64,000 nucleotides of DNA. It comes from an uncultured bacterium. GTDB lineage: Bacteria > Patescibacteriota > Gracilibacteria > Absconditabacterales > Absconditicoccaceae. A program made the position numbers and the translations under genes. The DNA lies in NCBI GenBank assembly GCA_946404285.1, contig CAMJDC010000001.1, positions 4,068 to 68,067 of the forward strand, in the 5' to 3' direction. Numbering within the stretch: position 1 is the stretch's first letter; each line of letters opens with the position of its first letter. Under the pieces are notes generated by a model. It had not been told where the DNA came from. It made no database searches and saw nothing but the letters and a program-made list of their open reading frames with translations. Positions 1 through 12,571 of the stretch are shown here, one piece after another.

Positions 1-997
1 CGATTAATTTTTCCGCAACTTTCAATCATTCTTCTTGTAATCTTTTTCTTTCCTGATTTATCGCATCCATTTTTTGTAGAAATTCTATCTGTTCATCACC
101 ATCGTGTAAAAATACATTCAAACTATCGTATGGCGACTGAATTCTTCATCAAGCATTAATTCTAGGTCAAATCACAAATCAAATATGATAAGTATCTATC
201 GGAGATTTAATATTCAAATACGAAAGAAATCACTGTAAACATTTCGGCAAACTATCAGGATGACGATTCATCAATTCAAGTCCCCTTTTCACTATAAAAC
301 GATTCTCTCATAAAAGTGGAACAACATCCGCTACCGTTCATATAGCAACTATGGGCAAAAAATAATTAAAAATCTGATTTTTTCTCTCATTTGAAAAGTC
401 CTTACATTTAGACAACATCGCTACGATAAGTTTGAAGGCCACACCTACTCAAGCCAATCATTTGAATGAATAATCAGGAGAACAATTTTGATTCAAAACT
501 GCAATTGCATCAGGCAATTCATTCAATGGTTGATGATGGTCAGTTATTAATAAATCGATTCAGATTTCTTTTGCATATTTAGCTTCTTCTATTGAAGTAA
601 CTCAATTATCTACCGTGATAACCAATTGTACTCACTTAGATTTCATTTCATCTAAATGATAATTTCTCAATCCATATCCATCCTTTTGTCTATTAGGATA
701 CATAATACTCACATTGGAATGTTTTAGAAAATAGCGAAAAAACTTATACAAACAATAACTTGCAGTCACACCATCCACATCATAATCTCCAAATATCATA
801 ATCTTTTCATCTTTTTTCATTGAATTCATAATATGTTTCACAGCTTTATCCATCCCATCAATCTTAAAAGGATCTATCCAAGTATGACTTAAAGTTGGCT
901 CAAAAAAAGCATCCATATCCGATGCAATTTGTCTGATTTCAAGTAATCTCTCAATCAGCGTTTTATCATATGATTCGTTTAATAATTTATACTTCAT
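1..997 (-). CDS. recJ: ssDNA exonuclease RecJ (DHH family), runs off window start
   Basis: With TGA=Gly: GDYDVDG, PNRQKDGYGL, ITVDNG, TDHH, AIGTVADVVPL and ENR motifs; ATG at 997. Confidence 0.93.
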
Positions 998-1092
998 GTA
1001 ATATTCAAACAATTCAAAAAAAACTGATTTGAATGTACGATTATGAATGGAAATTTCAAGCGATGAATTAAACAGCATATAATAAAACTACT

Positions 1093-2691
1093 TTACTTAC
1101 TCCTTTTATCTGGTTTAAAATTATGTTCCCAGAATTTCTTTTCATATTCACGCCAATCTAGACAAATCTGTATATACTCTTTATACTTACTGGAAAACTC
1201 ATCAAACAAAATAACCCATTCTTTATCCATTTCTTCTCTTTTAGTTATAGATTTCAAAATATTCTCTGGATCTAAAAATTTATAAATTTTAATAAACAAT
1301 CCAGATATCTCAATAGCCACATCATAACAAGAATCTAATTCATAAAAATACCTTCAATACGAATAAGATGATACCTTCCCAGAATATTCTATATGATTTT
1401 TATCAGCTATTTTTTTGATATTTTTCTTACTTTCTTCATAAAACTTTAAAATATTCATGTGAATTTTAAAAACATCTCACACAAAGCCGTCAGATTTTAA
1501 AGAATTTAAAAAATTTTCGTTATCTTCTTCTTCCTTTAAGGAAAATTTTGCAATTTCTTTTTGGATGGGCGTTCATTTTTCAGATATTTCTAAATATTTA
1601 TTTTTTTCTTCTAATTTTTCTTTTTCACTTTTTGGCGTAAAACTTAAAGTTCAATCGATTTCTTCTATTTTCGAATCCAATCAATACCTAAAAACATCTA
1701 TAATTCCATACGGAAACTCAGTCTGATATTCTTCTCATTTTTTGGTCACATACGTTCAAATTCATTGCCATCACATATCCCCACATTCTCATTCATAATA
1801 TGATCAATCCTTAAAATAATATCTTGCCAGTCAAGTTAACACTCAATTAACCCGATTTCACTCAGAATATTCTCAATTATTCAATATTCGCTTTCACTTT
1901 CAAACAGGAACTCAACCTTTATAGCTTCAAATATAAACAAATCATTTTGGATACGTAGCTTTTCACTCCCCCGTAAAATTCGCAAAACCATCACAAACAA
2001 ATGATCACTCTATAACACTTCAATCAGAATGCTTTTGTTTACGCATCTTTCATTTAGCACGTCATTCGCTAAATTCTCATATATAAGAAAATCCACTATT
2101 CATTTCAATAATTCACTCTCAATCCATTTTACCGTCCTTAAAATCTCACTCATAATAAGATCAATTAAGCCAAATTAATTTTCACTTTCAATCCATCTTT
2201 CAATCCTTAAATTCTCATTCATAATAAGATCAATCCGGCCAAACTAATTTTCACTTTCAATTTCACTTACTATTCTCCCAATCTCATTCATAACTTTCTC
2301 CATTTGAAGATACCTTCTTTCATTTTCAGGATAAATGACCTTTTTTAAAATCTCACTCATAATAAGATCAATCAGCCCACGTTAATTTTCATTTTCAATT
2401 TGCTCAATATTTTTTATCCCAATCTCCCTCATAAACACGTCAATCTTTCCATACATATTTTCAATCCTTAAATCTTGGTTTTAAATTATAATCTAGCCAT
2501 AAAAGCAAAAAACAAATAATTAATCAACAAACCACAACAGCAAAAGGAATATAATATTGCATAAAAGTTTCATCCAATGTTAAAACAGTAGGAATTACAA
2601 ACAACAAAACAATTATTCAAATAATGAAAACTATAGAAGTTAACAAAAACTTAATTAAACTTTTTTCTTTTTTATCAATTATTTTTCACAT
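1093..2691 (-). CDS. Membrane-anchored MORN-repeat protein
   Basis: 533-codon ORF with TGA=Gly; two N-terminal TM segments, then about 10 DGSYYEG(D/E)F...G.GKL.W repeats (DNA repeat tcataataagatcaat). Confidence 0.85.
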
Positions 2692-2723
2692 ATTACAAAT
2701 ACCACAAAATAAACATATAATAC

Positions 2724-2769
2724 ATTATACACAACAAACATAAAAAAAGCAAAAAATACCATACTTTTT
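2724..2769 (-). promoter_or_regulatory. sigma70 promoter with upstream AAAAAGTA element
   Basis: AAAAAGTA-N9-TTGCTT-N17-TATAAT upstream of the MORN gene. Confidence 0.6.
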
Positions 2770-2829
2770 CTCTTTATTTTCTGATTAAAATCAGTATCAA
2801 AAAATCAGATTTATATTTATTTTGAACTA

Positions 2830-4245
2830 ATGGCAAATCTTACACTTAAAGGATACATCCAGTGAGTAGAATCATGAGAAATTAATGCTACCGAAGTAAT
2901 AAATTCATATTTAGATAAAGCTACGAAAGACTCAGATAATTTACATGCTTTTGTGAGATTACATCCAGACTATGTAGAAAAAAGTCTGAATGATTTCAAG
3001 GATTTACCTTTACACTGAGCACCAATAGCTATCAAAGATAATATCATGACTAAATGATATATTTCTTCGTGTGGTTCTAAAATGCTTGAAAATTATGTAG
3101 CTCCATATTCTGCGACTTGTTTTGAAAATTTAGAAAAGAAATGATGATTAATGCTATGAAAAGCAAATATGGATGAATTTGCTATGTGATCTTCGACTGA
3201 ATATTCAGCTTTCTGAAATACTAAAAATCCAAGTTGAACTGACCGTATTCCATGAGGTTCAAGCTGATGAAGTGCTGCAGCCGTAGCTTGAGAGCAATGT
3301 ATAGCTGCATTATGAACTGATACATGAGGTTCTATTCGTCAGCCTGCCGCTTTATGTGGTATAGTTTGACTTAAACCTACATATGGAAGAGTTTCTAGAT
3401 ATGGAGTTCAGTCAATGGCCTCATCTTTTGATCAGGTTTGAGTTTTGACAAAAACTGTTGAAGATGCCAGAATTATGCTTGATGCGATTTGTGGATATGA
3501 TGAAAATGATAGTCAATCAAGAAAAAAAGCTGATATAAAAGATTTTGATAATCTAAATTTAAAAGAGAACGATATAAAAATCGCCGTTCCTAATGAAGCA
3601 ATTAATGAGGCCTTGGATTCAAAAGTTAAAGATTTGTTTTTAGCCAAAATAGATGAGTTAAAATCACATTGATATACTGTAGATTATGTAGATTTACCCA
3701 TTTTGAAACATGTAAGTGCGATTTATTACATGCTTATCTCTGCTGAAGTGACAAGTAATCTTGGACGTTTTGATGGAATACGCTTTGGATTACAGGAAGA
3801 TATGAAATGAATTAAAGATTTGCACGAGTATTATACAAAAATCAGAATGGAATGATTCTGAAATGAAGTTAAAAAAAGAATATTACTCGGAAACTATGTA
3901 GTTACAAAAGAAAATTATGAAAAATATTATTTACGTGGATACAAGGCTAGAAAACTTTTACAGTCGGAATTTAATAAGTTTTATAAGAATTATCATGCAA
4001 TTGTAACTCCTACCACTCCAACTCCAGCATGAAAATTTGGAGAAAAATCAAGTAATCCGTTATTAATGTACCTTGAAGACATGTACACAGTTACAGCTAA
4101 TTTAGTATGAATCCCTGCAATATCCATTCCAATGTGAAAAGTAGAAGACCACTGAGAAAATTTACCTGTATGAATTCAATTAATGTGATGAAAATGGCAG
4201 GAATGACTGTTGCTTTCTATCGCTGAAAAAATTGAGATGAAATAA
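2830..4245 (+). CDS. gatA: Asp/Glu-tRNA amidotransferase subunit A
   Basis: IAIKDNI, KANMDEFAMGSSTEYS, PGGSSGGSAAAVA and GTDTGGSIRQPA; many of these Gly are TGA. Confidence 0.96.
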
Positions 4246-4280
4246 TAACAAAATCTAATTTTATATTATATTTGAATAAA

Positions 4281-5525
4281 ATGTTCCAACTCTCCTATTC
4301 ACCTAATTTAAAATGAGAAGTTAAAATTTCATGATCAAAAAATGCAGCATTACCAATCGTAGCTGCTAATTACTTGCTAGACTTCCCTGTGGAATTATTA
4401 AATAAACCAAATATTTCAGATATTAGAAACATGGAAGCATTGGCTATTACAGCTTTGAATACTTCCAAAGATTATTTTGATTTAACGAATGACCTTGCAA
4501 AAAAATTCCGTGCTTCAATCCTGCTTATCCCCTTATGATTAATTAAATACTGAAAGGTGAAATTCGTTGGAAGTGGAGGATGCAATATCGGGAAAAGACC
4601 TCTAGATACATTTGATAATGCATTAGTAAAAGCCTGAATTACGATCACATACGATGAAAATTATAAAGTATATGAAGTGACTTGAAAACCAAAGAGAAAC
4701 ATAATGTTACAGCAATTCTCTGTAACAGCTGCCGAAGCTCTAATCACATACCTCGCTTTTTGTAAAGATATAGACTATGAAATAACTATCTACCAAGTAG
4801 CCACTGAACCACATGTAAAAAATACAATTGCATTTTTAAATAATGCATGAGCAGATATTACTATGTGAATTGACCACACAGTAACTATAAAACCTGTAAA
4901 GAAAATGGAAGTTAAGGATCCTACATTCAGTATTGTAAGCGATTATATTGAAGCTGGAACTTATTTTACGATTTGAGCATGTGCAGATCAGTCTGAATTA
5001 ACTATCACTAATATGGACGTTGATGATCTTTCTGCTATGTACAATATCGCTGAGCAGATTTGAATTAATTTCCGTATTTTAGATAAGCATACTATCAAAG
5101 TAGATTCTTACAATAAAGAAAATTATAAAGCACTAAAAAGATTAGAAATCAGAATTTTTCCATGATTCCCTAGCGATTTGCAGTCAATCTTCTGAACTCT
5201 ATTTACTCAATGTAATGGAATTACAAAAATATTTGAAACTTTATACGAATGAAGATTTGGTTACTTATCCGAGCTTGAAAACTTTGGTGCCAAAATTGAA
5301 ATTTTAAATCCGCACGAGGCTCTAATTCTTTGAAAAACTAATTTAAAGGGCTCTTACGTATCCAGTACTGACCTCAGATGAGGAAGTGCAATGGTTTTGG
5401 CTTGAATTATCGCGGAATGAACTACTCATATCACAAATGAAGCAATTATTGAAAGATGATATGATAATATAATTGAAAAACTGAATAATATCGGTGTGGA
5501 TATCAAACAAATTGGAAATGAGTAA
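4281..5525 (+). CDS. murA: UDP-GlcNAc 1-carboxyvinyltransferase
   Basis: ISGSKNAALP, RASIL, GGCNIGKRP (catalytic Cys), FPGFPSDLQ, TDLRGG, RGY. Confidence 0.95.
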
Positions 5526-5542
5526 CCATCAAATATTAATTC

Positions 5543-6004
5543 CTAGAAAAAACCAATCAATGGCAAAATAGAAGTAGCCGTAGAATACAAAGCTCTCCTC
5601 ATATTTGGTTTATAATATTCCGAAAATGAATCTCTAAAAAGATTTAAAACCTCTTTTTTGTGGATCAATTTTCCCTCAACAGAAAACAAAGTAAATTCTC
5701 ATTTACTATTAAAAATTCAATATCTATCAGGATTTTCTTGTATTTTTTTAGCAAACTCTAAAAGCCTTTGCTTCACTTCTCTCTCTCAATAATGTTTCTC
5801 AAGTTTAATCAACTTACCTCCACCAATTAAAGCATCTATTTGTTTTTCCAATCTCTCATAATTAGGTTTAAATACATCTTGACTATCTTTATCCAATGTT
5901 TGAAAAAGATTTCCCTTAGTCCCTTTAGAAAAATCTTCTGCAACAGGAAGATCCTTTGCTTCTTCCTTTTTTATAATATCTTCCATATTACTTCACGTAC
6001 TCAT
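5543..6004 (-). CDS. Hypothetical protein (about 153 aa)
   Basis: Track ORF 5786-5986 reads through TGA to TAG at 5543; directly downstream of the M23 gene. Confidence 0.6.
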
Positions 6005-6032
6005 GATAATAGAATTGTATTTAAATATATAT

Positions 6033-7982
6033 CTATAAATTTTCCTCTTCTACTTCCTCTGTCTCATCAGAAAGATTTGGATTTGGTCATACTCTAAATG
6101 GAAAATCTTCTGGAACTGTATATCATTTAATTCTTGATAAACATCTCATCACATTTCTTTGCCAATTTATAGGACTAGATGCATAGATTTTTCAATCCTC
6201 ATTTCCATATCTTGATAACTGATTAATTGTATGATATCATCATAAATATTGATTATTCAATGTTAATGGGATTAATCTAGCTCATTCATAAGGAGAACCA
6301 TATCCAACTCTATCTCATCTATCATTATTTCCTACATTTCAGATATTATTACTTGTTGTTAAATGTCTTCAAAGTGTTGATTCAGCTAATGCAATACAAA
6401 TTACTACATCTCTATCAATATTTGTTCATTCAACTACTGAATCCCAGAAATTTAATTCCTTATACACTCATACTCCATATCCACTCAAAAATCTTTGAGC
6501 TCTTTCATCCACAGTTGATCATTGAACAAATTTTAAATCTGAAACATTTATAGGTCTAACTAATTGATCATTTAAATATTTAATTTTATATTCTTCAGGT
6601 AATGTATTTTGCCAATCAGTAACGACACTTAAATCCAATATAGTCAATGGATCTACTGCCACTCAATTCTTATATACAGAGAATGTTAAATTTTCTCATT
6701 CAGATGCAAATCATGCTCATGAAGTTCATGGTTCTCAACCACTATAACCAATCAATTGTCCACGTTGAACTATATCTCATGGATTTACTATAATCTGATT
6801 CATATACTCATATACCGTAACATATCCGTCCTTATGTACTATTACTACCCATGAAATATTATCAATTGTATTTGATACATAATAAACTACACCATCTCTA
6901 GCAGCATATACAGGTGTTTTCTGTTCTGCTTCAATTTGAATTGATTGAAATTTAAATCAATTATCTTTCTCAAAATCTGAATCATTAAAATAACGAGCAA
7001 TCTTTTCAATAGGATAAATTGGCCACGCAATTGGTGCTGCATCATCATCACTACTATCAGGAGCTTCCATCATAATCTCAATATTCTCTGGAATATTATG
7101 GTCTGTTCTATAATTTTTCTGTACAATATCATCTACAAAAGACAATACCATTTTATTCACATCTTCTTTATCCTTAAACACCATATCTAATTTAGAAGCA
7201 TCTGTTGCTGATTTTTTATACAATCTGATAAAATTAAGTAAATATTGCTTCTTTTGCTCTAATTTATCAACTTGATCACGATAATATTCTATACTTTTTT
7301 GTGCTGATAATTTCAAATCTCCAAGCTTAGATAACAAAACTGTCTTTCTCTCCTCCTCTTTTTCACTTTTATCAATTAATTCTGAAAGCTCTAATGTCAT
7401 AGCTTCCAATAAATCATTTCAAATAAAAGTTTCATTAAAGTTATCTGAATTTACAAAAAGTCTAACATCATCTATACTTTCACCTTCTTGATCATAAATC
7501 TTTAATTGCATTTTGTATAAAAGTGTCATGTACTCTTTCAAGTACTCTTTCGCTTTTTCTGAAGAAACTTGAGTTTCACGAAGCTCTTTAACTAAACTTT
7601 TTATCTGCCTTTGATAAGCAACCAATCTTTTAAGAGAATTAGAAACATTTTCTGTTGCTGAGTTTATACTTGCTAAAACTTTAACCATTTCAACCCTAGC
7701 TTCTCTATAATTTTCTGAAAGATTTGGATCCTTCTGCTTTTCTAATTCATCCAAAGCAAAAAGTTCATCCGTAACCTTATCAATATCTTTCTTCAACTTC
7801 TCCACTTTATTCATAGCTCAATTAATCATAGAAGTATCATCCACTGAAAGCTGAGCAGAATCCTTTAAAAATTGCAAATCAACATCTCATGTAGCATTCA
7901 CAAAAGAAGTTCAAAAAGATACGAAAGAAAATACTGAAACAATCAGTACAATTCCTACAGAATTAATTTGTTTTGTTTTCAT
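6033..7982 (-). CDS. Secreted coiled-coil + degenerate M23/LytM + GH73-like glucosaminidase protein
   Basis: Signal peptide, long coiled coil, WPI..., TPVYAARDGVV, GDIVQRGQLIGYSG, VDP; then IALAESTLG..NNIGNV..YASSP. Confidence 0.8.
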
Positions 7983-8163
7983 CTATATATAATATTTCAT
8001 TTAAATACGATTTCAATTATATACTTTTTTTTAAAAAACGCGAATTTTGAGATACTTTTTTAACTATTATCATCTTCCTTTTTTCGAATTTTTATATTTA
8101 ATAAATGTTTAAAAAAATTCTGCCTTCGTCTTTAGACAGAACTTCCATAATTTAATAACTATC

Positions 8164-9270
8164 CTATACATTAAATTTGAATATCATTACATCTCCATCT
8201 TGAACAATATAACTTTTTCATTCCAAACGTAATAGTCATTTTTCTCTAGCTTTGGCTCGTGAACCACATGCTACTAGATCTTCATATCAAACTACTTCAG
8301 CTTTAATAAATCATCTTTCAAAATCTGAATGAATCGCTCATGCCGCTTGAGGTGCAGTAGATCACTGTGGAATAGTCCATGCTTTTGTCTCTTTTTCTCA
8401 TGTAGTAAAATAATACATCAATCAAAGTGTATTGAATGCTAATCAGATTAAATCATCGAGAGTAGGTATTTTGGAAGCTTGAGTCTCTAACATTTCTGCT
8501 AAAAACTCCTGTTTCTCTTCCGTAGACATATCCATCATTTCTTCTTCAATTTTTACACAAACTACTGCTACTGGAGCATGTAATTTTTCACTATATTCAG
8601 ATTTAATTGCTTCTGCATTTACTAGATCATCCTGTGAAACGTTCAAAGCATAAATGAAAGGCTTGAGTGTGAGGAAGTTATATGATTTTAAAACCTTCAA
8701 GTCTTCGACAGAAAATTGATCACGAACTGTGTGTGCTAATTTTCATTCCATCAGTGTTTTGTAAATTACCTCCAAGATTTCACACTGTTTTTTCTCATCT
8801 TTTGTACAGTTTGAAGCTTTTACTTTTTTCTGTAATGTTGGCAAAATCCTTTCAATATGCTCCAAATCCGCGAAAATAAGCTCAGTATTAATAATTTCTA
8901 CATCTCTAAGTGGATCTATGCTTCATTCTACATGAACTACATCAGGATCTTTGAAATAACGAAGAACCTGAACTATTGCATCTGTTTCACGGATATTTGC
9001 CAAAAATTTGTTTCCAAGTCACTCCCCTTTTGAAGCTCATTTTACAAGTCATGCTATATCTACAAATTCAGTAGCTGCATAAACTTTTTTCTGACTATGA
9101 GACATCTCAGCCAAAACATCTATTCTAGGATCTTTTACATCTACTATTCATACGTTAGGATCTATGGTACAGAATGGAAAATTTTCAGCAGGAGCTGCAT
9201 ATGATTTAGTCAAAGCATTAAAAAGTGTAGATTTTCAAACATTAGGTAATCAAACTATTCCAATTTTCAT
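8164..9270 (-). CDS. ychF: Obg-family ATPase YchF
   Basis: [59 protein letters not shown]. Confidence 0.97.
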
Positions 9271-9356
9271 TATGCAAAAAAAAATTAAAATAAATACCTG
9301 TACCTCTATTTATTGATTTATAAAAATTTTACAATAGCAGAATCATATTATAAAAG

Positions 9357-9983
9357 TTATTGTAACACTATACCATAATCTAATAAATCCTTCTTTAATT
9401 GTTCGTAATTTTCATACAAACACGAATTCATGCCCAACTCTCTAGGTGGCAATACGTCATCTCACATCTTATCTCCAATCATAATAGTTTCTTCTGGTTT
9501 ACATCATGATATTTCTAGCATTTTTTCAAAAATTTTTAAATCTGGCTTTATTGTTCCCGCTTCGAATGAAAATAGAGGATAATCAATAAAATCTAAAATC
9601 GTTGTTTTATGTTTTATTTGTTCTAAAGCAAATACACTACAATTAGATATCAATCAAATTTTATATCACGCTTCCATTAATTGTCTAAGCATTGAATTTG
9701 TATGCTCAAATTCTTTCGTTTTACTTTCAGCTTCATCCCTTATAGACATTAATAGTTGAACATTTTCTTCAGTAACTGGAAGATTCATATTTTTACACAA
9801 ATTTGCATAAGCATCAAACTTTGAATCCCATTTTTTAGTTTGTAAAGAATTTTCAAAAATCTTCACAAATTCTCGTGGTTTAATTGATGAATTTGTTTTT
9901 ATTAACATTATTTTATCGCTATCTTCTGGAACATCTCTATAAGCCAAAGTTTTCCAAAGATCAAAGATGACTAGCCTAATCAT
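9357..9983 (-). CDS. HAD family hydrolase
   Basis: IFDLWKTL, ISN, KPD, IGDKMGDD. Confidence 0.88.
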
Positions 9984-10012
9984 CAATTATTAAACATAAT
10001 ATCATAAAACAA

Positions 10013-10723
10013 TTATAAAATAGTTTTTATAAGTTCATACAATTCCTTAGCTGAATATACTGTATGTTTTGGGCGAATTCAATTACTTTTTTTGTGATAC
10101 CTGTTCAACCATACCCCCTGCATTCAAATCCATTGAGATCATAAAATATCTCTATCTATATTATCCCCTACCATCATAGCTTCTTCCGCAAGAACTCCTG
10201 CTTTATAACACCCCAACAAAAAACATCAAGAATGCGGTTTTTCTACACCCGCTTCTTCAGAGGAAACAAAAATATCTATATAGTCCGATAATCATAGTTT
10301 TTCCAATTTCTTTAATTGAATATAAGAAATACAATCAGTAATCATTCAGGTTTTAATTCCTTTTTTTTGTAAATATACTAGAGTTTTTTTACCCCAAATT
10401 TCCTTCTTTAGTGATGATAAAAATTTGTTCCAATAAAAATCATATAGTGGTATAATCATATTTGGAAGTATTGCATTTTTTTGCTTTGAATTTACCTTTT
10501 CGAAAAATTTTTGTAAATATAAGTCTCTATTATGAGATGCAGCCGTTCACAAAAGTTGCATTTTCACTTCTTTTTGCGCAATAGAAAACACTATCGAAAT
10601 CAAATCTAATGGCATTTTAGTATGTTTCTGGATACGTTGAAATAATGCTGATAAGGCTTTCTGATGCGCATATTCATAGTCAAATAGTGTATCATCTAAA
10701 TCAAAGAAAACAGCTTTTATCAT
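10013..10723 (-). CDS. HAD family hydrolase (YjjG-like nucleotidase)
   Basis: FFDLDDTL, SEEAGVEKP, VGDNIDRD. Confidence 0.9.
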
Positions 10724-10789
10724 TTTTATAAATAAATAAATAAAATCCAGTTTAAATAATAGTTATTCAAAAATTAAATGCAAGAATGG

Positions 10790-11494
10790 TTAAAAAATTT
10801 TCACCAAAGATTTTAACATATTTTCTAATGAATTAATCAATAACGATAAATTCTTTAGATTATCCATATCTCTTAACTCTTTATTAATCTCTATCTGAAT
10901 AGTAGGTATTTTACATTCTTTAGATATAAAAGCTGAAACTGTAGTTTTCCTACTTGCAGAGAAAACTGTATTTTTTGTTATCGATTTTCCTGTATGTTGA
11001 ATATATGATTTCAAACTATCATTTAATATTTTTTCTATAATATTTAATATGTCCAAACGTCATAATAAATTAGGATTTCATTCTCATCCAGTTCCAATCT
11101 CTACTGAAAAATCTCTAAATGACCAACATCCATGCAAATCAATTAAAAGCTTAATATTATTTTCCTTGATATATTTAGCCAACGCTTGTTTATATTCAGA
11201 TTTTTTATTCTCATCAAAATTTGGGTCTCATATTTTATATGATGTAGAGTATATAACTGAGAGAGTTAATCTTTTTCACAAATAAAGTGCAAGTCATCAT
11301 GTAAATAAATCCTGTGAAAGTATTTCTCACTCTCTAATATGTTTAACTGAATGAGGAGCTGAAATCATAATTTTGGATTTATTTTTTAATATTTTGAATG
11401 TAGAAAAATTCTGACTTTGAATATCGATATTTCACATTCAGTCATTTTTCTGAAACTGCTTATCTAACCTTGAAACTTCATCAATTTTCATCAT
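10790..11494 (-). CDS. N-formylglutamate amidohydrolase-like Zn hydrolase
   Basis: ISAPHS, DPN, LIDLHG, EIGTG, IQIEIN. Confidence 0.7.
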
Positions 11495-11550
11495 TTTTTT
11501 TTATTTTTTAAACAACCAATTATATTTGAAAATAAAAATCTTACAAATTT

Positions 11551-12411
11551 TTAGCCATTATTTCATTTTTTCATTTCTTCCATTTCAATTACCCAAGGTG
11601 GTGTATCTGTCTTATAAACCGGTTCACCTTCCTCTGTTATCAATGCATGATTCATCCAATATTCCATAGAATCTACCATATCTTCATTCCATTCATACCA
11701 TTTATGTCTAGGTTCTCTCAATGCAGAACCATCTCACCAAAATGCAGTTATTACAAGAAAATATGGCTTTCCTTCAACTTCACTATCAATGTCGTAATCG
11801 TAATAACTATCGGATTCTCGTTTACCAACAATCGTTAATTTATTAGTTTTATTTTCTTTTGAATAATCTTCTCTATTTATAAGATGAGATATTATATTTC
11901 TATTTCACCTATATCACCGATATGCTTTATCTTGCAATTCTGGAGTTAATTCAACTAAATTACAATCATACACTTCTGGTGTATCTATAGTTATCTCAAC
12001 TACATCAGAATCATAATCATCCAATAATAAATATTTTTTTATCAAATCTTCAGAAATTCAATCATGCTTATGATGAAAAGATACGCTATAATTTCTTTGT
12101 CCTTCCAATGCTTCGATTATTTCTTTTTTTGTTTTTTGTGGATAATTATTTTGTAAAACATCCAGTGTTTCCTCATCTATATCCAATCCATAATCATTTT
12201 GTTCACAAAAGGATTTAAGTATTTCCTTTCTAGGTTTTTGCAGATATTTGCATAGAAAATTTATAGTTTTCTCATCTATATTTCTTCAACTCTCTGATAT
12301 TTTGTATTCGTAATAATCTTCCCACTCCTCATCCAACTTTTTTTTATCTTCTTCTGAAATTTCTGAAATATCTTCATTGTCTAAATTAATATTATTAGGT
12401 TTAATTCGCAT
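11551..12411 (-). CDS. Hypothetical protein (286 aa)
   Basis: Uninterrupted ORF with TGA=Gly and its own promoter; C-terminal ITAFGG..REP..YW.NHAL segment. Confidence 0.75.
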
Positions 12412-12452
12412 ATTAAATAGCAAAAATTAATAAAACAATTTATACTAAACAT

Positions 12453-12499
12453 ATTATAATTATAAATGCTAAAAAAATCAAAAAAAATCAGACTTTTTT
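12453..12499 (-). promoter_or_regulatory. sigma70 promoter with upstream AAAAAAGTC element
   Basis: AAAAAAGTC-N9-TTGATT-N17-TATAAT. Confidence 0.6.
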
Positions 12500-12571
12500 A
12501 TTTAAGTTATTACTTGCAATTATTAACTTTTTTTCTACAAGTTAAATATATTTAATTTCAACAATTAAATC

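Noticed and set aside
1780-2460. Roughly 69-nt periodic repeats resembling a CRISPR array
   Set aside because: In-frame MORN protein repeats with wobble variation; no unique spacers and no cas genes
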